Source: Raillietiella orientalis (taxonomy: Eukaryota). From it: 64,000 nt of DNA. Every line of letters begins with the position of its first letter. The stretch's first letter is position 1. The position numbers and the translations under genes were made by a program. The DNA lies in assembly GCA_036172245.1 (NCBI GenBank), contig JAYWIR010000027.1, positions 1,860,001-1,924,000 of the forward strand. Reading direction: 5' to 3'. Of the stretch, positions 1 through 18,272 are shown piece by piece. The notes below the pieces were generated by a model. The model ran no database searches, was not told where the DNA came from, and saw only the letters and a list, made by a program, of their open reading frames with translations.

Positions 1-2229
1 AAACCGTGTGATCCCCTGCGACTTTCGCAAAACGCACGGTTTTCCGCCCGCCGTCAAGAATACGACGTGCCGCTGCATGCGTGATGGTGGCGCACTTTCA
101 AGGATGTTCTTCGATTCCAAGTTAAAAAGAAAGAAAAAACACACACTCTCCCTCTCGCGCGGTTTCTTCGCCTTGGCAAGCGCGGTTGCTATTTTTAAAA
201 CGGAAATTGACATCGAAAGACGGGAGAGAGAATCGAGGAAACGCCTTGAACAAATCGCAGCAGCAGCCCAGCGTGCTTTGAGGACGGGCCAACGGGCGAT
301 GGAATCCGATTTTCCGGGCCGCGCACAAGCGTCCCCCTCTCTGGGAACACGGATGCCGCTCTCTGTGGACAAACAGTTTCGCGGCCCTGTAAGGCCCTCC
401 GACTGGTGGCCCTAAGTATCAACCCTTTCCGGGAACCGAGTCCAAGCTAGGACGCGATTTGGTGCTCCCGGGTGACGGGAAAGCAATCGAAGGATGTCTT
501 CTCTTACACCTACGAATCTTCTTCTTCCGCGGTACCGTAAGAGGCAGGAAGACGGGGAGCAAATGAAGAGGATTGGCTCTCCACTCGCTCGACAAGGGAG
601 CAGCAGCTACCGTCAGAGACACCGTCGTTTCAGGATCCCTAGGATCGTGGAGGGCCGGCGAAAGAGGCATGCTAGGAGAGCCGAAGATGGTCCACGAGAT
701 TCGGGAAGAAAACAGCGCTCTCCAACATAAGCTGCCCAGAGATCTTCCCGGGAAGCACACATGGGGTCGGCAACCGAGACGAAGAAACTCCCATCATGCC
801 AAGGTCTCGAACGAGAGGTAAAATAAAGAGGACAGCCACCTCCTTGCCACCGGCTGTATCCTCCGGCAGCACATCTTTCGGGAACGTATGCAGAAGTCCC
901 CTGCAAGCGCGTCTTTTCGATGAACCCATCGCACCTCTGCGTTCGCGGTCGCATTTTCGAGCAGAAGAGTCGTAAACCACGATCTCAGGCACGAGGGGTA
1001 ACGGCGCAGTGAAGTTCGAACCAAAAAAATCAAACTCAAAAAAGAAAGATGAGTGACAGAAACAGCAGCAGCAGCAGCAAGCCAAAAGGGAAACGACGGA
1101 ATCGCTCGCTAAACCCCCACTTCCAAAATTACACAGGCGTTTTTGTAAACTCCATCATCACCACACCTGAGATCCCGATTTCCATCTCAATCAAAAGTGC
1201 TCGTGCACTCTTCTGACGAACCGTGCCTTCCTCTGCGATTAACCTCGGTAGCCACTCGGCGTCTCGACGCCGCAGAAAGAGTCGCGAGGACTTGGCGCAC
1301 CGACCACGAGAAAAAGAAAGAAGCAAAAAAGCAAAGCCGCCCGCTCCTCCCACCACTGTCGGGCTTTTTTGTCGGTCCGACCCTATTCGATCCGAAACGG
1401 CTCCCCCGGTCCCCAGTTCACTTTTATTTTCATTTTTTTCTTGCGGCAGCACACGCCAGCGATAGAGAGATCGACCTGAAAACAAAATGTAAGATAAGAT
1501 AAGATGGAATAAAATGGGCAATTCTTTGCTATATATTTTTTTGCCTTGCAAACACTCCGGACACCTGTTGCTCCTGAGATCGAACGGAAGAGCCACGCAC
1601 GGCGGCGGCTGTAGCCAATGCCACTTGCTGCAGCTCTTCGACGTGGCTCACCCTTCACGGATGGCTCAAGACGGCGCAGTGAAGTACTGCCTCCCTCCCC
1701 CGCCTCTTGGAGGATGGGCACGGTTTCTTCCGTCTCTCTCTCTCTCTCTGCCTGTAGCGGCTACTGCGCAGCGCGGCAGCCATAGCACTTCCAAAGCTGA
1801 CGGCCGGCTACCGGGAGCCCATCCTTCAAGGAATCTGTTTTCCAAGCGTTCCATTCTTCCACGAGCGAAGCCTTTCGAGCCTGCGGAATTCGAACCGACC
1901 AATCAGAGGCGCCGTGGCTCGGACAAACAGTCCCGAGTCGCTTTCCGGCACCAAAACAAACGAGCAAACAGAAAGCCCCGCACACAAGAAGCCCTGTAAA
2001 CAAATGGGCGAAAAAAAAAAAAAAAAAAAAAGACGGCTCGCAGGGCCATTCTCACGTGCAAGGATGCGGGCGGACAACCGGGTCGAATGGATGGATCGGT
2101 GACCGGGTCCAGATGGACCACGCCAATTCGCAGGAGAGTTGGATGTGATAAGGGGGGGGGGGGGAGAGCGTCGGCTGAGAGAAAGAGAGAGAAGATGGAG
2201 AGGTGCGTACCGACTCTGCAGCGGGTTCA

Positions 2230-3834
<1,605 letters not shown>

Positions 3835-3924
3835 CTGCCGCGGCCACTGGGCGGCTCACGAAGTTCCGCGCTCTGCCGGCCAGCAGCCCCAGGAGTTTCC
3901 TTTCCAGGAGACAAAGAGCAGCCG

Positions 3925-3934
3925 TATATAAAAG
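3925..3934 (+). promoter_or_regulatory. TATA-box-like element (TATATAAAAG) about 90 nt upstream of the ANKRD6-like ATG, oriented away from it
   Basis: Consensus TATAAAAG isolated in a very GC-rich context; function not demonstrated. Confidence 0.3.
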
Positions 3935-6846
3935 GAAGAAGAGCTGCCGGTAGGACAGGGGGTCCAGTGAGGCACCTAGCAACAACGGCTCGAAGACCCG
4001 CGGAGCAGGCAGCGAACGGGAGGGTGCGAGGCGCGGAGCTTCGCCCCGGTATCAAGCGGCAAACCGTCGCCCCTCTCCGCAGACTCGAAAAATATGCCAG
4101 AGCGTAGGGTCGCTGAGGGGAGCATTCCGCTTCCGCTCGCGGTGGAAGAGGGGCACTTCGGCGTTTCCCCCTACGCTCCTTTTCCACCGACCCAGCTCTC
4201 GGTGTACGCGAAGCACGCGGAAACTCGGCAGCAGTACCGCAGCGCGCGCTCCGCTCACCGGCTGGCGGCCTCCATGCACCGCCAGGGTGCGCGATGAGAC
4301 GAACGGCTCGTCCGGGAGCCGCTGCCGCTCCAGGAGTGAGCGAGGTGGGGGGGGAGGGGGAACAGGAACGTTCCACTCCTTCCCTCCAGCCACCTCTCCG
4401 TTTTCCCGCAAGCGGGAACTGCGGAAGGTGCGGGACGACAGGCACCCTGCTCACGCGCGAAGTCGCTCCTGCCGACCGCCCCCAACGAAGCAAGAAACAC
4501 CGCGCCAGTGGACCGGAGGGCGGGAGAACGTCTCGTCTCGTCTCCCATTCTCCTCGTCGAAGCCGAGGAGCGGAGTCGGAAGCGCGGACGCCCGCTACAG
4601 CGAGCGAACCAGGAACACTGGCGGGAGAACGGCTTGGGAGAAGGGTCGGTCGCGTGGAGACGAAACTTCTCCACTCCCCGTTCCCTCCAGCTAACCTCTC
4701 TCAGAGGATGCCGCCTCGCTGTGGGCAGGCAGGCAGGCAGGCAATGCGGCCGCGGGAAACGGGCGCGTCCATCCGTTGCAGCGGCGTCCGGGGCATGGCT
4801 GCCGCCCTTCCTTTCAGGTTTTCATGAGATGCGCAAGCAGAAGCTCCTGGGGGAGAGCATGGACGTGGGACGTTGTTTGTCTGAATGGGGCGCAGGCCAC
4901 CCACGCACCCACCCGGAGTCCTTTTAAGCGGAACTGCCGAACAACGGGTTGGTGCTCGAGGAGGGGGTAAAAAGTGACGACGTCCTTCCGCGTTCCAACA
5001 GGAGGGATGCCTGCCACCCCCATCCGAGGACGCCAGCGACGCTTCCCGGAGGCAAGTGGAGGAACAAAGGGAGCGCACAAACACCACCGGTCCGTGTATG
5101 CTGACGCCCCTCCCTCCTTCCCCCTAACGCATCGGAATCGACCTGCTCCGGGACGATGAATGGGCGGAGGGCGGAGGAAACCTCCGCAGCACCCCAAAAT
5201 CCCGTGAGGCGAACGGTCCGTCGGCGCCAGGGCGCAGCTTCCATCCTCGACAACCTTGATGATAACCTGCCGCCGGCGATCACGAGAAGGATGGTCCTCC
5301 GCAGCATCTCACGAAGACAGAGGACAGTTCCGACCGGCCGGTTGCCGCTAAAGCGCGCTGCCCTCGCAACGAAATTTTGCTCACTGTGGTCTCTGCCAAA
5401 AGGGTGCGATGGGACGATCACGGGCGGCGACGACGTCCTTTTGCTGCTCTTCTGGATCCTCCCCCTCCCCATCTTTCTTTCCTTCCGTTTCGTTTCCTCA
5501 GCCATCCTTTCGATTCAGGTGTATACGCCCAGCAGGCGCTTCCTTGGCTGCATCACCACCAAATGATCCTTCGCGAATTCTCGACCACCTCTTCCCACCT
5601 CCTCCTCCTCCTCCTCTGCCTATAGTGGTGCTTCCGTTTCTTCGAATTCAGTTCCCGCGCCGGGATCGAGGACACTTCCGAAAAGAGTGCGCGGTTGCCA
5701 CGATTACGCTCCCCGTGTGCACCATTACCAGCAGGAGAGCGCCGCTCGCGCACCGCTTTCATCACTCTTTAACATCTCTCTCGCTTCGGGGGTGTAGCAC
5801 GGTGGTACGCCGCGAGACCGACCCGCTCGGGCACGGGCGGGCAGCAGGGGCAGCGAGCAATCCTCCTCGCCTCGCGGGAGCAGCTGCGCGTCCCCGTTCC
5901 GCCTGACCATTCTCTGGGACCCGCTCATAACGCGCGCAGATGCAGCGGCCAACAAGATCTTCCCGCAGGCCGCGGTCACCGCCCAGCCGGAAGCGCTTCC
6001 CGCTCGATCCACACAGCCAAAGAAACAGAAAACGCTGGCAGCAGCATCCAGAGACACGAGGACACGCTATTCGTGAATCGATAGAAAATCCGAAATCCCC
6101 CCCTCCCAACCCCCCACGCGCGTGCTTCGGGGCATAGGAACGATGACGGTATGGCAAGAGCTCCAAGACGATTCCATTGGCCGCTGAAGCAAAATAAACA
6201 GCTGCTACCAGCAAACCACATCAAACCAAGTGCAGCCAAATCTTAGTTCATCCTGGGTGCCATCGCCACGGGCTCTGGAAAGCCCATTGCAAAAAAAAAA
6301 AAAAAAAAAGGAACTCAGGTCCGTGGAAGAACACAAGCAAAATTTCCGATAGCGACAGAAAGAAAGCATCACGAAAACGTTGGCAGTGTACTACGTGCCA
6401 ACATTCAGCTGCGATATGCCTCGGAGAATCTGCACAGCACACAGTTCTTTCGCACATTCCTAGGTCTCAGGCGGAGCCATCCACCGCAGACTAACGAACA
6501 ACCTGTTTGCATGCCGCTTGGAGACTTTTTCGGCTTGGACGTGCCCGAAAGAATCGACTCCGAAATGCAGCATCCGCCCTCATTGGAAAATAACTCGCAC
6601 GGGCCCTCCACTAGGAGAAAACCACCGCGCTAATGTACCTAGTTCTCATGTTTTCCGGTCCGAGGAGGCCATTGGCGAAATCTTCGCCGCATCGCAAACC
6701 TTTTCTAACCATCACAACTAAGCAACAACAACAACACGCACAAAGTATTCTGATCTTTCCACTGTCCGATGCTTCTAATTCTTCTGTGAATGCTGGTTGT
6801 GTATTATATAAGGAAGACCGGAGAAAAATACCACTTCCACTTCGGT

Positions 6847-7354
6847 ACACAGAACACGCCGTTCTCCAAACACATTTCTTTCAAGTTACGCTCAAAACCG
6901 AAGCCCAAATCAACAAAACTTTGTCTTGTGCCTCCTCTAATCAGCGTGTTTTCATGCAGAAACAAAAAGCAAAACAAAACTCTACAGGAAGAACGTGTGG
7001 ATAAATTGTACGAAACTGCCGGATAAATTCCTTTAAAGAAACAGAGGGAGTGAAGTAGAAGGAGGTCAGCACTCACAAAGGTGCAACTCTTACTGAGACT
7101 GGGTTCACTGAAGGACGAGGAATGAAAAAGCACAGGAAAGAAGCTGCTACTCGAGGCCAGAATTGTATTCGGATGCTGTGACTGCGTAAAACGCAGCACC
7201 ACCACCACCACCACGTCTACCGAACGGCAAGCAGAGGCGCGTTCCCCAACGCTCCGATGTGAACACCAACAGCACTGAAAGCACGTCGAAAAACACAGAA
7301 CACGCGGTTCTGCAGAAACATTCCTTTCAAGTTGCGCGCAAAACCGAACCCTAA
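6847..7354. repeat. Diverged 62-bp direct repeat (6847-6908 and 7293-7354)
   Basis: acacagaacacgc[c/g]gttct...ctttcaagtt...caaaaccgaa; 53/62 identical by manual alignment, no gaps. Confidence 0.85.
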
Positions 7355-10300
7355 CAGGCTGAAAGTGAGAGGAGGAAATTTTGGTCGAAGACTCGATCGC
7401 CGAACCGCTGGAATTCGGTCCACCGCGGGAGGGGCAGAGGCATCCATCGCACCGCGAAAACGAAGAATTCTTGCGGAGGCGAGGCTCGCTTGCGAAACCA
7501 AGGGGATTCCACATGCCCGTTGCCGCGTGAAACCAGCTGGCCGCTAGCCCGCCAACAATGGAAACGACGGCAACGGCGACAATCGCGTCGGAAGCGAAGC
7601 GCACACGGGACTGCAACAATCGCAGCCGGCCGAACGAGGTCGACAATGCTGCAGGTGATGCACTCACAAAAGCACTCCGCACGTCACAACGATGGTGAAA
7701 CGAGGGGCAGTCGTGTTTTCCAGCAAAAAAGAAAAACGCGGACACGTGCACGCGAAAGCGAACGGCCAATTCGATCGTCATCATCAAAAAACGGGAGGAA
7801 ACACTACTACTCACCTAAGCTGCTGGCAGAGTCTCTCGTCCAAATATCGTGCTCCATTTGGCAAGCCGTGGGTAGTGTTCGTACGCCGCACGAAACTGGA
7901 ACGTCACTAATTCGATGAGTGTCGATTGCGACTAACTCCGTCTCGCGTAATCGCAACTTTTGGGAAAACAACATCAGATTCGTGCCTTCGGGCCCGCTGG
8001 AAAGCCATTGGCCTTGGAGAAATGACAAAAATCACGTTTATGGCCAGATAATGCCTATTAGCGAGTACATCATGGGGAGCTGAGGGTGCGTAAGGGGTAA
8101 GCCTATTTTCGCTCGTCGGATTGATTTCGCTGGCTTTTACAACTACCCGCCGAAAGAGCTTTCGACGGAACGGAATGCGCCGAGACAAGTGCTTCGCTCA
8201 CGGCGGCTCCGAGAGAAATCGCCCGAGTCCAAGGCGGTTGATCGCTCGTTCCACAGAAACGCAGAATCGCCCTCGTGCAGACGGGAGCGAAGTTTCGCAA
8301 CTTTCACCACCAGTTTACGCGTTCGTGAAACGCGTGTGAGTTGTGGCTGGCGGATAGCGAGGCTCGACGGAGCGAAAAGTTGAGGCCGAAAATATACGAT
8401 GTCCGCATGCGTCGTAAATTTTCGACCGCAGCGCCGTTGATTCGTTTCTGTCCAGAGAGATGCCCTAAGACTTTTTTTTTTTGTTCTGTTTGGTTCTTGT
8501 TCTCGCGTTTTTTAGCTCCCAGAAAGTCCTATGGAGACGAACAGCCCCTCTGAAAATAAGCTGACCGATGACGGAGGCATTGTTGCGTCGCCCGCGCGCG
8601 TTTGCTCGCGGGCGCGCGATTTCGCGCGCTCCTCCTACCGGTTGCGGGTTGCGTTCTGCGCGCATCAGAGCGGGCAAAAAAAAAAAAAAAAAAATCACCT
8701 CCGAGCCGAGTGGTTCAGATTGCACCAAAAGATCACGGGTGATCCCCAAGTGGGAACCCCCAAGCCTCGTCCCTTCATCTGGAGAAATCTGGCCGGTTTT
8801 TCGCTTAGCTTACTTTTAAATCCCTGAGGTTATTCCCCTCTCCTCCGCCTTCCCCAGCACCTTTTTCCTCCTGGAAAAAGGAAAGGCGAAGAAGAAGAAA
8901 AAAAAAAGAAGAAAAAAAATAAGACCAACGTTACAACAGCCTCCGGGATTTACGGACCGCTTGGCTGATGGCAAGCTCGCACATGGGGACAGGAGTTTTC
9001 GTGCAACGCGGGCAGCAGAGCGGATCGCTGGTTTGCTCGGTGATGACCGGAAGAGGAGAAGGTACCTGAGCCTTCCCAACGATGTATGTGTTGAATGGCA
9101 TCTGCGCTCGTAGCCGCATGACACCCAGGTTAATGTAAGACTCTCTCTACCGCCACCAATGCATCCACAGACGTGAAAATTTCCAGCAGGTTTTTCTTTC
9201 TTTTCTTTGCTTCGCTTTCTCTTCCTTTCTTTCTTGACCCCTCCGCTGAAAGTGAAGATCGTCGTGTTTGGATCTTCGTCTTCAGAAGCCCTGGTGGAAA
9301 TAACACCCACGGTCTCGCCTAAGGTCGTCCCTTCTTTCCATTTGCTTCTGTTGCTTAGAGTTCCGCTTTGCGCGTCGAACGCTCGTTCCCACTAACTGCT
9401 CACAGGGCTCTGCGCCTGACCTGACCCTTCCTTCCCGCGAGCAAGGCGAATCTTTCCCAGCACCATTCCCACGGCGAAGCAACCGCCTGTCGAGCCCCTG
9501 CGCCCGACTCCAGACATCAGCACTCGGACTGCGTTCCTTTCCTCCCAAGATCGAAGGAAGGCTGCAAGGGATGCAACTGTGATTCCCTTTCGGTTGTTTT
9601 CCCCCCAAAACCCTTTCGAGTCCTGCACTGCCGTGGGGTTTACCCGTCCGAGGGAGGAGGAAGAGAAGCTACCGTGGCGACTTCTTCTTGCAAAACGGAA
9701 AGCGCATCGCATCGAGCGGGAGATCTTCCTGGAGCAGTTGCCCTTAGGGGATGATCCACTCCTTACCGTAGAGGAGAGATGCGGATTGCCATCAACGTGG
9801 ACAGGTCTGCTACCTCTTGTTTCCGGTGGTAAGCGCCGGCCAAGCCGAATGAATTTTCGGATGGCTGGACGAAATTTCCAGAAACAGTCGCCGCCGGAAG
9901 TCGAGGGAGGGAATGCGCGCACGCGTGGTGGTCATGGTTTCCGAGCAGCGCGCGCCAGCGCTTCCTTTGGGCGGGGCCCATCCTTCTGCACGGACGCACC
10001 TTGTTGCGGGACGGAGAGGGGGAAAAAGCTGCGCACCCTGAAGCGAGCTAGATGGACGGCCTTGCGCACTGCTCGCATGGATACTCTGGGCACCTAGGAA
10101 GGAGGAACGGGGACTATCCCATCCTCGGAACATCCAGTGCAGGATGACGGTCGAGGTGCACAGGCGATTCCGAGCGTGAAAAGCATATGGAGGAAAAGCA
10201 GGCGTCGCCATCCTTGGATCAACCGGACCTGGGAGGGGACCTACTCTTGCGTAAGGCAGGATGACCAGATGCTAAGAAAAACCTTTAGAGGATGTGGGGA

Positions 10301-13300
10301 CTATGCAGTCCCGGTCACTCGGAAGCGCACATTTGGATCACGGAAATGCCTCTCCGAGAATGACCATTATCCATTCTCGGAGAGGAGGAAACTTACTATG
10401 GGATGAGTTTCGCTCCAAGGAGACAGGGAAGCGTCGTGCGTGGAGTTTCACTTGAACACAGCAGCGTGTCTCCTGCTAACTTCAAGAGGCGAGAAGTTTC
10501 ATCCCTTTTCCCTGATTCGGAAACACGGGCCTACGCGCGTTTCTCGGCCTTGAGTGTCTCTGCAGCGTACGGTGCACTGAGGACGGGGCATGGGTTCCGT
10601 ACGGGATGCAGTACGCGGGAGAAAGGAAAACACGTCAAACAATTTCTCCTCCGACTACTACAACGAACCAACATCGAACTGCTGGCATCCATGTAGTGAG
10701 AAACGAGTTTGAATGTTGCGAACTCGAGGAGCCTCGCGGCCAAGCTGCGGACAGGGGAACTCCGCCAATCTACGAGAACTACGGACGGATTGGGATCGAC
10801 TTTCAGAAGCAGGGAATGTGAAAGAAATCACAAGGAAGGACAGTCGAGGGAGGACCCGTCCTCAGAAGCCAGTGAAGTGCTTTATGACCACGCAACGGTT
10901 CGAGGAGCAAAGGAAGCGAGCGTGCAAGGCAGTGCCACAAGAAAAGACACGCACGCAGCTAGAGGGAGAAAGTAATAGCATCTCTCGAGTAGTGTGTGTG
11001 CCATCTTTCCAGGTGTCCGCGAGTTTCTGTGGTTGGAATTTTTCTCCAGGAGGCAATCGAGGTCGCAACATTGCCTAGATGCTGAGAGCTAGATGCTCAA
11101 AGAATGGACATTTCTCGGAAAGTCCATGGATTTGCCTGAAGCAGGGTATCTCGTCTGCTCTTCCCCTTCCCTCTTCGCCATCAAGGCTAATATAAAACAA
11201 AAATAATCCGCCTTCCTCCACCCTCCTTCCCCGAAGATGGTTTCATCTTCGGCCTTGCCGAACCCCTGAAGCCATTCTTCATTTTCCAAAAATCAGTGAC
11301 GTTACCGCTCAACGCTTGCAACTGCTCGCCCCGATCGTCTGAGTCGGTTCGTGACGTAATCCGTCACCCCGCTTGGTTGCATCTCCAACCCACTGCTTGA
11401 CCGACCAACCGACCGAGCATGCCCAACGGCTATATTTGTCGGAGCAGCATGTTCCGATGCATTCAAAATCAAGCAGAAGACAGCAGGGATTTGATGAGGA
11501 AACTCCCGTCAGATCATTCCACAGCAGGGAAAGAACATCGTGGGGGGGAGAGGAGGAGGAAGACATTTTACTCAGATAGTTCTCCTAAGGAAAATGTAAA
11601 AGCATTTCGGTCTTTGGGAAAATGATAGGTTTTCTTGATAGGTTATGATAGGTTCCTTTTGCTCTGAAGGGTCCTGGAAGTCCGCTTCAGGGATCGTCCT
11701 CGCGTCGAAAAAGTAGAAACCAGTCGACGTATGAAAGGAGGATGAAGAGGGAAGAGCACTTCGTTCTCCTACCGGTTCTCTCCCTCGCAGCAGGTAAGCA
11801 AAGAGGGGAAACACGGCGAAGAAACCAGAGGCGAGTTGCCTACCGATCCCTCCAGTGCCACTACTCCTTTGCAGGCATGTCACTGTCCGAATTCTAGAAT
11901 TGTGGCACTAGGCATCCTCTCTTTGCTTTCTGGCAAGGAGGGAAGGTTTCTTCACACTGAAAGATGCGCAGTAAGAGATTGACTTCATCGCTATTGACTT
12001 TTCGTGACAGTGAAATTCGGGTTTTCTCGTGCGCCCTTGTCTTGAGTTTCGCTTTTCCCCTTTTTCACTGGCGAATTCGGGATGCGAAAACATCCTGACA
12101 CGAATATCAGGACATTTTTTCTATCCGGTGCTGTCCGCGGACAGTCAACGGGGACACACCCCTGAGAGTATCCGTAGAACGAGCGACCCGGAGCACGACG
12201 GTAACCACGGACGCTCGCCAACAATGGGATGACGTGATTGGCACCCTTAAGCGCGGGCCGCCGGTATCGCACCATCCCTGCGGCCTTCCGGCCGGTGGTT
12301 GCATCGGAGAGCTTCCGCGATGCTCTCCTCCTCGCCCGGAAAGCGGCGGGATCCCAGGCGTGCGCTCTTTTCCCACGTGGGGCGCGTGACCGGGGGACGT
12401 CGTTTGCTCCGCCTCACGGCCACGGCGCGGAAAAGGGAAGCGCTCCGCCGAAATGCACGGCGCAATGCGGCAACGCTCGCGGTTGAGGAACTCTGCCGCT
12501 GCTCCGCGTAAATCCCCTCGGCGTCCGTCCGACCCGTCGCCGTAGGGTCGCTCCCGCGACGATCGCGCGGCGCCAACGTTCGGAAAAGGCCGGGCGGAAA
12601 GAGAGTTCCCGCAAAAAGGCAAATGCTCCCCTCTCGCAAAGCGGCCCGCTCGCGCGCGCGTCGCCGCTACGCGCTCGCACGAGAGCCCTCTCGGCCACAT
12701 TCTTGCGAACCACTGCTCCGACGGCCTTGGTGACCGCGCAGCTGCCGCTGCGCCTCTGCTTGCGTCTGCTCGCCGTGTTTAAGCGGGCGAAGAGTTCGCA
12801 GGCTTTGGCGGCCAGCTAGAGCAAACGCTCAGAGAGCTCCTCCTCTTTTCTTCCTTCCCCCCTTCGGAGAGCGCGAACCTTCGAGCCACCGGAAGACTCG
12901 TCCCTAATTCTCCCCTGACGAAACCACGTCTCTCGTGATGACGCCCGCTCCACTTGGCTCCCCCCCCCTTCCTCGCAGGAACGAGCGCACGCAACTGTCC
13001 CTCCCACGCATCGGGCACCAAGCAGCCTCGAAGGGGGAGAGGGAAGCCTCTGGTTTCAGTTTCGAGTGCCTCCCCGCGGTGCCCAAGAAAGGGACCGCGG
13101 CGTCCAGGTGCGTTCCTGGAGCCACGGGCGTATCCGCCGCTCTCCTCAACTCCACGGCTCCCTCTTCACGCACCAGAGGAAGGGGAAAAAGGGTGTTTCC
13201 CCCATGCCACGCCCATATCGGCTGTCCCCATCCTCTTCCGTGGCCTCCCCACGAAGGCATTCATGCATCCGATGCACGAGGGTCACCCTCAAACGGGGGA

Positions 13301-15403
13301 CGGTGGTGGACTAGCTTTTCTCATCAGCCTGCCGGGCGCTCCATGCGAACGGGAGCGCAGGACGGTCCCGGACACCGGGGTTTTCTTTCTTCCTGAAGTT
13401 CCTCGAGGATGCGGCAGTGCTGCTGGCGAGCGTCTCCGTTCTCGATCCGTCCTCGGTCGACCCACTCTAGCGAGCGGTGTACAGCGTCTACGGTGCCAAG
13501 GCAACCGCTCGGCATGCCCACGAAGGGGTTTGCGCGACGCGACCAGTCGCTCGGGTGCGTTCCAGTCGCTTCATCCGTTGTGTGCATCGCCAGAGTTTCC
13601 AGTAACCTCTTCAGCCTGTCGGACACCCCGCATTCACCTCCCCTCGACCGCATCCATTCATCGGAGCTATAGCAGGACATCACGAGACCAGGAACGCCTC
13701 TCTATGGAAATTCCTGTGTATCGCGCGCCTTGGACACCCCTACGCTCGCTACGGGGTCCCTTGGTGGGAAGCGAGAAGGCGCGCAGATAGTCTCCCCTAA
13801 GAGAGTGCTCCTCTCGCTGAAGTGAGTGGGGAGGGGGGGGGGGAGTGCTTTGGAAACTGAAGTGCCGCAATCTCCACGGAAATCTAGCAGCGGCTGTCTT
13901 CGTGGGGCATCCCTCTTGGTCTCTGGTGTCTCTTCCTGAAAAGAAGGTAAAATTTCCAGTAATTCACCTGCGGCAGCTTCGAGTTTAAAGTAAAAAGCAG
14001 AGGATTCCTCAATCGGGAACTTCTAAATCTCTGCATGAATCTTGTAAAAGTATCTCTTGTTAACCTCATGCTACATGAAGTGACCTATATTTTACGCCGC
14101 TTTCGTGTAACTTTGCATGGAATTTACAACACTTCTCTATTCTTTTCCATGCCGAGCACAACTTCCAAGGCTTTTGAAATCATTCGGATGCATTCTCAGT
14201 CAGTGAGAATTCTCCATGCTGTCTATATAAACGCTATGCTATATAAACGCCTGTTTCCCCTTTCTAGTTTGCAAGTTATTTCGTTCTTGAGAAGTGAAAC
14301 ACATGAAATAATTCACATGCTTCACTGTTTCACAGTTTGTCTTTCGTAAAGCGAGAACAATCTCAACATATGCACAACTGCTAATCACGAGAGTAAAAAT
14401 TTTTGTTTCTACTGCTACAAGTAGACAAACTTCACGAAATTTATTCAAACTGATTTTTGAAGCAGCAACAACACTTCGGACTTTGTACAACTACGTTCAA
14501 AATTGCAATCACTTGCATTAACAGTGTGCAGTGATTACATGAAGCAAAATTCAGAAAGACATTGCAGATAATGGTATCTATCGAATAATAGACTGAAGTT
14601 TCAAATAATTTTCATTCCATACAATCAAACAAACGAAGTTTTTGCTGTAATTTGGCAAGCCAAAACCAAGCGTGCTTTATTTATTTGGCACAAAGTTGTC
14701 ATTGAACATGCAGGATTCTGTTTTCCTAAACAAGATCGTAATTTTTAACCACATGATTTCACGAATGAAACTTTGATTTTTTTGTTTGTTCGTGCGTCAG
14801 CATTAGCTGCTAAGAATATCAGTTTTCAAGCATACGTGAAACAAAAATTCGATTCTGTAATTGTATGGATATTGTCTTTTCTTCATTGAAGGTGATATTC
14901 ATATTATTTGAGAGGAAAGATTTTAATGTAATTTATAGTGGAAAGAATGGAAACATTTATGTGTACTGAATTCGACAGAACTTCAGCATTCTATAATTCA
15001 ATGCCATAAAGTGTTATCAGCCTATCTTAAAAGTAATAATAATATGTAAATTGATTTAGGACTGCACGTAGTCTTTCAAACAGATAAATTTAAAGTGAAA
15101 TCATCCTCAAGAAATGCAATCTGCTTACTAGCTACTCTCCCTTAAGAATTCGTGACATATTTTGTTGATTTTCAATACTAAGTAGAAACAAGATAGTCAA
15201 TATATTTAGCTGGTTTGTGTGATTTAATTTTGTACATTTTCAAGTTGTGCTGAATTCTATAAAGAAGTTATTTTTGAAGTGACTTTGGATTATTCCTTTA
15301 GGAACGAAAAATCGAAAAGAAACAAAAACATCTGGTACCTTCTCCCGCCATATATACTTGCGGTAGTGGTGTCCTGCGAAAGCGAATGCATGCCCATTGA
15401 AAA

Positions 15404-18233
<2,830 letters not shown>

Positions 18234-18272
18234 CAGACCGCAAACCTCTATTTAAAGTCACCGTTTCCTTTA

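Noticed and set aside
6804..7814. 336-aa minus-strand ORF
   Set aside because: Ser/Phe/Val/Cys-rich reflection of an A-rich plus strand, with no domain; likely a shadow ORF.
9579..10975. Possible plus-strand exons (GTAAG donors near 9828 and 10251; PPIYENY peptide)
   Set aside because: Could not be joined into a consistent reading frame or assigned to a family.
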